A stretch of DNA of 64,000 bases from Eledone cirrhosa (taxonomy: Eukaryota): the NCBI GenBank assembly GCA_964016885.1, contig OZ024743.1:156984001-157048000 (forward strand). Direction: 5' to 3'. Positions 53,231 through 64,000 of the stretch are shown piece by piece (within the stretch, counting starts at the first letter, position 1; every line of letters begins with the position of its first letter). The notes under the pieces are model-generated. The model saw only the letters and a list, made by a program, of their open reading frames with translations, did no database searches and was not told the origin of the DNA. A program made the translations under genes and the position numbers.

Positions 53231-53898
53231 TAATTGTTTCTACTTTTGGCACAAGGCCAGCAATGAACCAGTACATTACTGGTACTTTATTTTATCGGCC
53301 CCGTAAGGATGAAAGGCAAAGTTAACCTCGGCGGGATTTGAACTCAGATCGTAAAGGGACGTAACTCTTTGCGTCAAAGCATTGCGTCTGACCCTCTACT
53401 GATACTGTCAATACATATAACATAATGCATTCTAGATTGTTCTGGCTTATACATGATGCCTCAGCGAAAATAATTGTTTCTACTATTGGCATAAGGCCAG
53501 CAATTATCCCAGTGCATTACTGGTACTTTATTTTATCGGCCCCGTAAGGATGAAAGGCAAAGTTAACCTCGGCGGGATTTGAACTCAGATCGTAAAGGGA
53601 CGTAACTCTTTGCGTCAAAGCATTGCGTCTGACCCTCTACTGATACTGTCAATACATATAACATAATGCATTCTAGATTGTTCTGGTTTATACATGATGC
53701 CTCACCGAAAATAATTGTTTCTACTGTTGGAATAAGGCCAGCAATTATCCCAGTGCATTACTGGTACTTTATTTTATCGACCCCATAAGGATGAAAGGCA
53801 AAGTTAACCTCGGTGGGATTTGAACTCAGAATGCCAAAGGCCGTAACTCTATGCGTCAAAGCATGGCGTCCGTCCCTCTACCGATACTGCCAATTCAC
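53231..53898 (-). mobile_element. Three tandem SINE copies with 240-bp period
   Basis: Copies start at about 53231, 53471 and 53712, separated by a duplicated spacer of about 60 bp. Confidence 0.92.
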
Positions 53899-54631
53899 GG
53901 AAAATAATGAGGAAGATAATTTTTGGAGTTGACAACAATGTGGCTAAGTTGATTTGTCTTTGTTTTGTACAGCATACATATATTGTAATCTGATGGCATA
54001 CCTCTTTTGTGCAGTAGGTATATGATTGGGATTTTATGAAGATGAGATATTATGAACCTCTCTAATGTCTCTATAATTGTATGTATTTAAGTATGTTTAT
54101 TTCTGAATATATCAATCTATAATGATTTATTGGGCGAGACGAAACAGGTGAAGCCATTACATTGTAATATTTATTTCCCTGTCAGCTCAGTACAAGTTGG
54201 CCTATGATCCAAGTCGTTTCAGTTGTGTTCAGCACTACCACCGTCTACCTGTATGAGACATACTGTGATTTCATAGGAATGCATTTGGATTTAGACTTCT
54301 CAATCAGGTTTCATGAGGCTAGTCTCCAAGAAAGTATGGAATAGTTTTTGCATAAGAACTGATGAAACACCAGTAAAACAATGTACGTCACTTAACAACT
54401 TAGAAACACATTTAGACACGAACATTTAACTATTTAATATGAAATGTACTTGGCTAAGCACGCAACAATCTAATTTCAATTATTGACATGAAATATACCT
54501 CGCGCTTAATAAATATTCTCTAGCAGAAATATGAAATACATGCGGTAGATTCGAGCTCAAATACGTGGCTCGTTTGCTCAGTAAGTGCTTACATCCTACA
54601 TCATTTTTGTCATCTGAAAATTCACATACAG

Positions 54632-54666
<35 letters not shown>

Positions 54667-55120
54667 AAAAATATATATATATGTGTGTGTGTGTCTGTAC
54701 GCTGAAAGTGTTAGGTATACGTATGTGTTCGAATAAAAAAGCACACAATATGAGAAATAAAGATGCATGGTTAATGAAAGTAGATGGCCTGTGGGAATAT
54801 CCAGATTCAATATTGGTGTTCAAGACAAGAAAAAATAAATTTAAACATTTATACAAAAAAGAAAATGAGCAGCTACCCACCCAACCCCATACATAAAATA
54901 AATAAAATATTTGTTAAATGTATTTTTTTTTTGGCTATTCAGAACGGAAGCGTTGCATACTGTATGGTTTTCACATTTGTCTCACAGGTGGAGAGATTTT
55001 ATTAAAATATCCTATGATTAGTATTCTATTCCACACAATCATTATTTACCTATAATTTATTTATTGACAAACACACGTACACAAACAGATATACACACAC
55101 ACGTAAATATATATATAGAA

Positions 55121-55190
<70 letters not shown>

Positions 55191-55574
55191 GTGGTTATAT
55201 TCCTTTAAGGGACTATATTAACATATGTGCGCGTGTACGTGCATTTGTATTCGTGAGTGTTTGTGTAGGTATATATATTTATGTGCATACTCACACACAA
55301 ACACGAACACCGTATATATATATATATATGATGAATGGGTTTTCGTTATTATTCCATTTCCATCGAATTTCTATTCGTTTATTAATCACACTATCATTTA
55401 TTTTCTTTCTTGTTTTCTTGTTTAAGATTGTACCTTCTTTAATCTAGATTACCGAAAGCAACACTTTCATTTTCTTTAACATATGCAATGCTTTAAGCAA
55501 CAAATAAATCCATCGTTTTCTTCCTCTGGTCGTTATTATTAATATTATTATTATTATTATTATTATTATTGTTG

Positions 55575-58220
55575 TTGTTCTTTGAGTCTCAGTCATTGAG
55601 GTTATTTAACTGGAAAGTTTGTAGAAATGAATATCAAGCCGCTACCTGCAGCCTCAGATATTCAGGACGTATCGGAGGGTTCTTGCTGTTCCCAGCAAGC
55701 ATGTCTTTGAAGTGTTCCAAAACGCGGGGCTGGACTAATTTTCTTTAACCAACCTTGGAAACTTTTTGAGATAGTACCTAGTGCGCCTATGACAATCGGG
55801 ACGACTCTGACTTCATGGCAGTTCCAAATCCTTTTTACCTCCCAATTTAAGTCTTGGTATCGGTTAATTTTCTCCTTCTCCTTTTCTTGCACTCTCGTGT
55901 CAAATGGGCAGGCTACATTAACAATCAGGCTTGATCTTTTTTCCTTGTCCAAAACGACCAGGTCAGGCCTATTATGTTCCAGTTTCTTATCCGTCTGTAT
56001 CCTAAAATCCCATAGCACCTTCACCTGATCGTTTTCTATCACCGACTCTGGCTTATGTCCGTACCACTTCTCAGAATGTGGTAAATTGTTTACTTTGAAT
56101 ATGTGCAAGCGGATCACCCTGCCCATCACATCATGTCCCCAGCCTTTCTCGTGAGTCTGAGCTAGGTGTTTACACTCGGATACAATGTGAGCCACAGTCT
56201 CCTCTCTCTCTCCACAGATCCTACACAGTGGGCTAGCCTCCACCTTGTAAACATGGAGTTTCACCCCCTTCGTTTTGAGTGCCTGCTCTTGCGCAGCTAT
56301 TAGCAATCCTTCTCTAGGCTTTTGGTTATCCAAGAATGAGGTACCATGTCGAATGTATTTTTGTAGTCTATCCATCCCATGACAAGACCAATTTGTCTCC
56401 TCTTGCAATTCTTCATTACCATCTTATCAATTTGTAACTGGTCCTTTGTACCACGGGACATCTATCGGCATCCTTTATGTTCGTCCGGTAATAAGTTGTT
56501 TATGAGGAGGTGATGGTAGATTTTTTCAGACACAATGCTTGTTAACAGTTTCCACATTACGGACAGACAGGTGATATGTCATTACCCTTGATTCGGTATT
56601 TCATTACCAGAACTGTGGTATCTTTTGTCAACCACTCTGGTACATCAACCAGTCATTGAACATGGTTGTCAGTTTCAGGTGGAGGGATGTTATATTTTTA
56701 ATCCAATACCACTGCACACCATCTGGGCCTGGTGATTTCCAGTTGGTTAGTTTTTTGGCCTGCCCTTTAAGAGTTTCAACTGTGATAATCAAATCAGTTT
56801 GTTGGTGTGCTTGTTCACTAATCTCCTTTTGAACTGTTTCAATCCACACTGCCTGATCATTATGTTTAACATCCTGCTCCCAAATTCCTCTCCAGAATGT
56901 CTTAGTCTGTTCCGCCTCAGAGATCAAGTCGTTGCCTCTTTCTTTCCCTTCAAGCTGTCCAAACAACATCTTCTGGTTGTTGTCAAACATGCGGTTCTGT
57001 CTATACAGACTGACTCTGCTCTCGTATCGCCTAATCTTTGCACTCTTTGCTACAATGCGTTGCTTCAATTCCTCTATGATAATATTTGGCTTTTTCCTCC
57101 TAGTTTTGTACATTATTTCCAGTCTATTTTTAGTGTCTATGTTTTGTAGTGTCCCATTTAGTAGGGACTCAAGCTTTCCAAATTCATTTCTCATTTCCCT
57201 GATTTGACCATTCAGACGTTTCTTCCATCAAGGTTCTGATCTTTCTTCTTTGTTTTTTCCTCTCGCTTTTATGCCAAGTAATTTCCTCACCGCATTTGCT
57301 GTTGCTTTGAAACTGTTAACAAGCATTGTATCTGAGGAAATCTACCATCACCTCCACATAAACAACTTGTTACCGGACGAACAGAAAGGATGCCGATAGA
57401 AGTCCTGTGGTACAAAGGACCATTGCTTTGCAATGGTGAAGGTTCCTCTCCTCAAGGTATGGAATGACTTTGTTTACCTTAGCTGTTGTTTCTTTTAACT
57501 TTTTCCTGTCTACAAATCTTAGGTTCATAGGTTTCCCACTATCATTGTTCATTTCATCTACCACTAAGTTTAGGTTATCAACCAAATCTTGTCCAAGCCC
57601 GTCAGCATTCATTTCCTCAATGGCCGTAACTTTGTTCCAGATATTATTTATTTCAGCACCCAGATCATTGTCTGCTTCGGATGCTTCCTCCGTTCTCTCA
57701 ACCTCTTCACCTTCATTTCCCATTGGCTCGTTTGTCTGGCATACTTCACTCTCCATTTTCACTCTAATCTCTCTGCTCATTTCCTCCAGTTCCAGCTCGC
57801 TGATCCATCCATTTGTTCTTATTATCCGAGCCCGCCTGGCCATTTGTGTTCAAAAATTTAAATAGACCAATCTCGTTCCAGATGTTATGCATCCGTTTCC
57901 TATAGCCTTCTCCTTGGGGTTACTCTTCAGGTAACATATCATAACATTTATATTCAATTCTTTCGTCCAGTTGGTTCTGGTCCCTTTCCTTCTTCTTCCT
58001 CCAAGACCAGCAGTATTTGGATGACAGCCAGGTCCCTGATGCTGGACCAGGGAGCACCTGCTGGGTGAGAGTCTGTCACATGACGTTCTAGTCTCCACTG
58101 TTTAGGTTCCACATTTAAACACTCATATCGAGGATTGGTGAATGTATGGTTACATAACCCACGGTGATTTCACCACCACGAGTGATTTGATCACCCCATG
58201 TGAATTTAGCGTGGCACTAT
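55575..58220 (-). mobile_element. R4/Dong-type (restriction-like endonuclease) non-LTR element with most of RT deleted
   Basis: N-terminal WTKELN..MICY, WKSPGPDGV; CCHC CRICGEREETVAHIVSEC; RLE motif WDFRIQTD..RPDLVV..KINRYQDL; (AAT)n at the 3' end. Confidence 0.88.
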
Positions 58221-58462
58221 CACGCTGTAGACGAACATAAATAAATAAACAAATAAATAGGTAAAAACTTTAAAAAATAAACATAAGTTTCATTGCAATG
58301 TTTGAATGTCTGACTTTTTTGTTTTTTTGTTTTTTTTGTTTTTTTTTCTTTACGATTTTCGTTGCTGCTGTGCTGTTTTGATTTTAGCTTCATGGAAAGT
58401 AGAGCTGTTGCGTTCAAAACTTTTGAAATTTGTTTCGACTTGCTGCTTATCATTATTAATTG

Positions 58463-58920
58463 AAAGTACCAGTAATGCACTGGGTAATTGCTGGCCTTGT
58501 GCCTAAAGTAGAAACAATTATTAATTGGCAGTTTCGGCAGGGGGTCGGACGCTATGCTTTGACGTATAGAGTTACGGCCCTTGCCATTCTGAGTTCAAAT
58601 CCCGCCGAGTTTAACTTTGCCTTTCATCCTTACGGGGTCGATAAAATAAAGTACCAGTAATGCTCTGGGTAATTGCTGGCCTTGTGCCAAACGTAGAAAC
58701 AATTATTATTATTATCAGCCGAGGTTAACTTGCCCTCCATCCCTACGGGGTTGATAAAATAAAGTACCTGCAATGCACTGGGTATTGCTGGTCTTGTGCC
58801 AAAAGTAGCAACAATTATTATTATTATTATATTATACGGGGTCGATAAAACAAAGCACCGGCAATGCACTGGGCAATTTTCGGCCCTGCGCCCCCCAAAA
58901 TAGAAACAATTATTATTATA
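58463..58920 (+). mobile_element. Cluster of four SINE copies (one full, three 5'-truncated) inserted in each other's ATT tails
   Basis: Repeated AAAGTACCAGTAATGCACTGGG..GGCCTTGTGCC..AGAAACAATTATTA. Confidence 0.88.
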
Positions 58921-58929
58921 ATATTATAG

Positions 58930-59490
58930 TTTAGATTTGACATCGTTTAAACTAAACATGTAGAGAGAGTTTTAGAGGTACAGCAGCAATAATGTTTTTG
59001 GTGTTGCCGTTGTTGCTTCTGACCAGGTCACCAAATCAGTATATTTATATATTTTGATACCTTCCTCACTTAGTGGGAATACTACTATCCCTCTGTCTTA
59101 ACAGGAGGTAGTGGGAGAGAATAGCGGCGGTAGCGATAATGATGCAGTGGTGGTGGTGGTGATGTGATAGTAGTACTGTAGTGATGGTAGTGATAGTAGT
59201 TCTGATGTGATAATAGTACTGTAGTGAAGTAGCCGTTGGTTTGGCTTGATTGTTTGTGTGGTAGTGGTGATAGTGGAGGCGGCGGTGGTGGTGTTGGTGG
59301 TGAAATTATTTGCCTGTTGTTTGTAGCCATTTTTCTTTTTTGACTATAACATTTCTGATGCAAAATTAAATATTAAATATTGGGGCCCTATGCCATGATG
59401 TGATGCGTTGTCTCTTGCTGAGAGTCAAAAATGTAATTTTATGTTCCATTTGTAATAAGATTATTATATCACAGTTGTTTTAAATACGTA
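58930..59490 (-). mobile_element. Probable 5' UTR and ORF1-start remnant of a Tx1-type element
   Basis: GGGCCCCAATATTT..AT-rich..AAAAAAGAAAAATG leader like those at 42790-42852 and 62383-62450; Pro/Thr-rich start; abuts (TTA)n. Confidence 0.45.
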
Positions 59491-59509
59491 AATTATTATT
59501 ATTATTTAC

Positions 59510-60065
59510 TATACTGTTCTGTCTATACTGACTGACTCTGCTCTCATACCGCCTAATCTTTGCCGCTTTGCTATGACAATCGGGACGACCTTGATCTCAT
59601 GGCAGTTCCAAATGCTTTTTAACTCCCACTTTAAGTCCTGGTATCGGTTAATTTCTCCCTCTCATGTTCTTGTACTCTCGTGTCAAATGGGCAGTCTACA
59701 TCTACAATCAGGCACGATCCTTTTTCCTTGTCCAAAACCACCAGGTCAGGCCCATTGTGTTCTAATTTCTTGTCCGTCTGTTTCCTAAAATACCATAGCA
59801 CCTTCACCTGATCGTTTTCTATCACCGACTCTGGCTTATGCTCATACCACTTCTCAGAATGTGGTAAATTGTTTACTTTGCATATATATCAGTAGATCCC
59901 CCTGCCTATCACATCATGTCTCCAGCCTTTATATTGTGTCTGGGCTAGGTATTTTCACTCGGATACAATATGAGCCACCGTCTCTCTCTCTCCACAGATC
60001 CTACACAGTGAGCTAGCCTCTTCCTTGTCAATATGGTGTTTCACGCACTTTGTTCTGAGGGCTTG
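59510..60065 (-). mobile_element. R4/Dong fragment, same family as 55575-58220
   Basis: Highly similar to 55787-56280 (CCHC plus RLE). Confidence 0.85.
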
Positions 60066-62200
60066 CATTATTATTATTATTGTTTTATTCTCTTTCATTA
60101 TTGTTCCTGAGATATATGCCGAGTGTCTTCCTGACACCTAGGGCAAATAAATTCACAGTGTGCATTGGTTAGCCAGTTAATACAGCACATTGATTACAAT
60201 TCGAAAAAAAACAAAAATAAAAACACTATACATATATAGACATATGCATATGCATATGTACATACAAGGAGGGATATTAATCTTATAGAGAAAGTGCTCT
60301 TTTCAATACGTGTGCAGTACGAGTCAAAACATTTGTTTGCACCTCGTAAACCAGGAATCATTCGCAAATATTGTTCTGTTCCTTTCTTGATCATTCCCAG
60401 TTCTCCCACAATCACTGGTATTGTAAAGGCCTTGAGGTGCCACATTTTCTCAATTTCAATAAGCAGATCTTTATATTTTCGTAGCTTGTCAAATTCTTTT
60501 GCCGCGATATTGTGATCACATGGGATGTTCATATCTATCAATAAACATACCTTATTATGTTGATCTTTTACAATGATGTCAGTTCTATTTGCATTTATTG
60601 TCCTGTCAGTATGTACAGGAAAGTCCCAGAGATTTGTTACTTTTTCTCCCTCAGTTACAGTCTCGTGGTGATGATTGTACCACTTGTCTTCAGCTTTGAT
60701 TTTGTAATGTCGACATATTATCCAGTGTGGATATTGGCCAACTCTGTCATGTCTATATTTGTATTCCACTGATGCTAAAACTTTACGTCCAGAGACTAAG
60801 TGATCCACTGTTTCAACTCCGAAGTGCAGAATAGGTACTTTGGGTTTATTCCGTTTCTCATCACATTGGCCTGGTAATTACGAGTCAATAAGCTTTGATC
60901 TTGGGCAGCTAAGATGACGCCTTCACTCTCTGCCTTTAGCCCTGAACTATGTAGCCACTGATGGGTGTGCTTTTGGTCAACATCAGCTTCTTTGCTACGG
61001 GCCACATATTTGCCATGCAAAGGTTTCTGCTCCCAAGTTGATGCTAATTTTACTTGCCCTTTTGCTTTAGCCAGTGATTTTATGTGCCTAGCAGCATCAG
61101 TTGCAACAGTTTCTTTAGTCTGTCCAGCCTGGGTAGCAAGCATGAGATTAGTAGCATATTTTTGCACCCCTTCAAGATAGAATGAAGCTTCCTACTTCTC
61201 TCATGCTTTTCAACAAGTTTCAGCATACAGTCGTTAGTTGTTTCAAGGTATTTGGCCAGTCCAATGATGGTGGTCTTGTAAGCAAGTTGTAATTGGATCA
61301 GGACACTGCTTCCTAGAGTTCTAAGAACGTAAAGACGATCCACATCTAATTTTGGGTGGTGCATCCTATTACAGGTCAGTAGACTTTGGGGTCGATTCTT
61401 TTGATTTCACTCATATTCTAGTTCAACACACCGAAGTTACAAGTGACACCTGGGACTGCCAAGGAATTTATGGCTAGCACCTTGATACGAGCGTTTAGTT
61501 CTGATCTCAGAATGCACGTACTCTCCTGTAACATTCTTTCCTTATCCTCTCTTTCATACTTCCATGCTGTATGCCAGAGCCCTCATTAATCCCTAAGTAT
61601 TTATAGGTTTGTTCCTGCTCAAGTTCCTTTATGATTGTTTCAGCACCCAATTCAACTGAGTCTGAGATGACAAGCTTTCCCTTCTTGTAGGTGGCTTTTG
61701 CACACTTGTCAAGTCCAAACCCCATCCTGATGTCATCGCTAAACGTTTTTACTGTCCGCAAAAGGCCTTCCAGTTCGTCATTATCTTTGCAATATAGCTT
61801 CAAATCATCCATATAAAATAGGTGGCTTCTTTTTTTGTTGGCAATTCTATAACTCTACCCTGTTCTATTAAGTTCGGATGTACGGCGTATTTAAGTTATG
61901 CAGAAAGGCAAGGGCGAAAGTGAGTCACCCTAGAATATACCACAGTTGATGTTTATATTCTTAGAGCACAGTACCCCAGTGGAATGAGACAATTGCAGAT
62001 TTGTGTTCCATAATTACATATTGTGTTTCAGGAATTCTGAGATCACAGGTGAGATTTTGAAGATGTCCAATGATCTCAGAATCCATGAGTGTGGTATGCT
62101 GTCAAAGGGTTTTTATAATCGATCCATGCAGAACTGAGATTTCTGTGTTTATTATGACAGTTCTCAAGGATCATACGATTGATCAAAAGTTGATCTTTGC
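60066..62200 (-). mobile_element. Second R4/Dong-type family, 5'-truncated
   Basis: GDSLSP, LFYMDDLKLY, YKYLG, HHPKLDVDRLY, LAAQDQSL.T, RHDRV, WDFPVHTD; (TAA)n at both ends. Confidence 0.88.
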
Positions 62201-62234
62201 AACCATTATTATTATTATTAGCATTAATATTATT

Positions 62235-63441
62235 GGCGACCTACGTAGGGAATCGTATTATCGTGAGCTCCGCAAAGGTTTGTTGTTTTCAGTTGTTTCA
62301 AATTGCCAGTTATGGAAACTTTTTGTTGTTAAGTGTTTATAGGTTCACATATACTGCTTTTTGAAAAGGACACTCAAATAGATTGGGGCCTTGAGCCCCA
62401 AATTTTAATTTTTATAATTATCAAACAAAAACTTTCTTTTAAAAAAAATGGACGGCTCAACGCCATACGAAGCTGACACCCTTCCTCACAAACTAACACC
62501 TCACAACAACACCACATTGTAAATATTACTACGGTTGCCAACACTAAAAATATAAGCGGTGTCAATAATTTAAATTTGTCTCATGCAGACATTCATTGCC
62601 CGCCATTACAAATAACTGCAGGTTTTAAAGCCGCCACCCCCGCCACCACCACAGCGACAACAGAAACAACAACAAAACTTATTATCTCGTGACATCGAAA
62701 TGGATTCAGCCGAACACCACTGACGCCACCACCACCACCACACCTGAAACTAAAAGTATAAATAACAAAAAAAAACAATAACAACAAAAGCAACAACAAC
62801 AATAAGAATAACATCAACACCAGCGAAAAACAAAATGTGTCGCTTGCCAAAAACAGCCAAGAAAAACGAAACAATCGAGGTAAGCCAGGATTAATTAAAT
62901 GTAGCCAAGCGAATGGTGAAAAAAGATGGGTACAATTTCAGGAGTTAAATTGCTAAGGGTATGGAAGAGCAGGCAGTTTTTATCTGTCTGGTGGCCATGG
63001 CGAAAGAGATAGTATTGTGGACGCGTTTGAAAGGGCTGAAGACGAGCACTTACTTCTTCGGTGATGCCCTAATTAACTTTTTCAAATTTCATTTGAAAAG
63101 GAAAATCAGGGTAAAGAGAGAAGTGCTCTCTTCCCAGCATTTTGTTGAAAGATCGGTGAGAGAGGCAAGAATGGCCCGAGTGAATGGGCCTACTCTGAGT
63201 ATGTGTCTGTAAATTAAAGGTGGAAAACTGGGAGAGGGCACTTGCCTGTGGCTTTTTTAATGGGCTTTCTCCACGAATGTCCCTCGGAAGTCTCCCACCT
63301 TTTGGGGGAATCTTTCATTGTTTCTTTTTTTGTTACATCCTCTGTTTTTTTTTATTTTTTATACGCAATTTCTTTTGTTTGTACCGTCTTGTATTGTCCT
63401 TAATGTCTTACTTTGTGTAAACCCTTGTGGTTAATAAAGAA
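62235..63441 (+). mobile_element. Internally deleted Tx1-type element retaining both ends
   Basis: Decayed 15-bp TSD AGCATTAATATTATT (62220-62234) / AGCAGTATTATTATT (63442-63456). ORF 62961-63212 is homologous to the ORF2 C-terminus. Confidence 0.8.
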
Positions 63442-63456
63442 AGCAGTATTATTATT

Positions 63457-63519
63457 TTTATTTTCTTTCATTATTGTTTCTGAGATATATGCCGAGTGTC
63501 TTCCTGATACCTAGGGCAA

Positions 63520-63522
<3 letters not shown>
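63457..63522 (-). mobile_element. Short 3' tail of the second R4/Dong family
   Basis: Matches 60083-60147; embedded in (TTA)n. Confidence 0.8.
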
Positions 63523-63559
<37 letters not shown>

Positions 63560-63780
63560 TTTATTATTGTTGTTGGTGAAGACACGCTTCTTATCGCCTC
63601 CAGTTTTGTTTCAACGTGTTACCTCATTTTCAACCGTTCTAAACCTTTTATTCAAGTTTTAAATTTGATAAAATTTAGAAGAAGTGACCCACCTAAGACA
63701 GGGGTTCACTCGTAAATAAAACGGCACCCTTAACGGGGTGTCGTATTTGTGTAAAAATATTTTTTGAAACAAATTTCAAC

Positions 63781-64000
63781 ATGGATAACACAAGAAAGAG
63801 AGAGAGCGCTGTCAGACAACAGAGAGAGAGGGGGAGACTTTATCAGCATGTCAACAAGACAGCGTTCCAGCGGAGGTAAATATAAACGAAAATATTACAA
63901 ATGAGAAGAGGATTGTTACAGATTTAAAATTAACAAATATTTCTAACACAAACAACACCAACAACAACACCAACAATAAAACCAACAACAACACCATCAA
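63781..64000 (+). CDS. Probable start of another Tx1-type ORF1 running off the window; element starts at about 63572
   Basis: Open from ATG 63781 to the end (MDKHKKERERCQ..TNNTNNNTNNKTNNNT). Asn/Thr-rich like the other ORF1s; TTTGTGTAAAAA leader shared with 12770-12781; follows (TTA)n. Confidence 0.6.

Overview
AT-rich, microsatellite-laden eukaryotic DNA made almost entirely of transposon-derived sequence. The SINE family, LINE clades and (TA)n/(CA)n load suggest a cephalopod, probably Octopus; this is an inference. No host gene can be called with confidence. Main contents: (i) one full-length, nearly intact Tx1/L1-type LINE (12569-18388) with a 21-bp target-site duplication (TSD), plus four degenerate or partial relatives; (ii) two large Penelope-like elements (PLEs, Naiad-type RT plus GIY-YIG) and several PLE remnants; (iii) RTE and R4/Dong LINE remnants, non-autonomous Helitrons, a Tc1/mariner fragment and about 15 copies of a tRNA-derived SINE. 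The layer not visible in the ORF track is about 18 minimal type-I hammerhead ribozyme (HHR) motifs read by eye on both strands. They include a non-canonical CCGANGA-core variant family, a stem-II motif shared across three families, two HHRs inside a perfect 442-bp palindrome, and three ORF-less retrozyme-like repeats that each carry an octamer (ATGCAAAT) upstream of the ribozyme. All structures were derived by manual pairing; coordinates of degenerate remnants are approximate.
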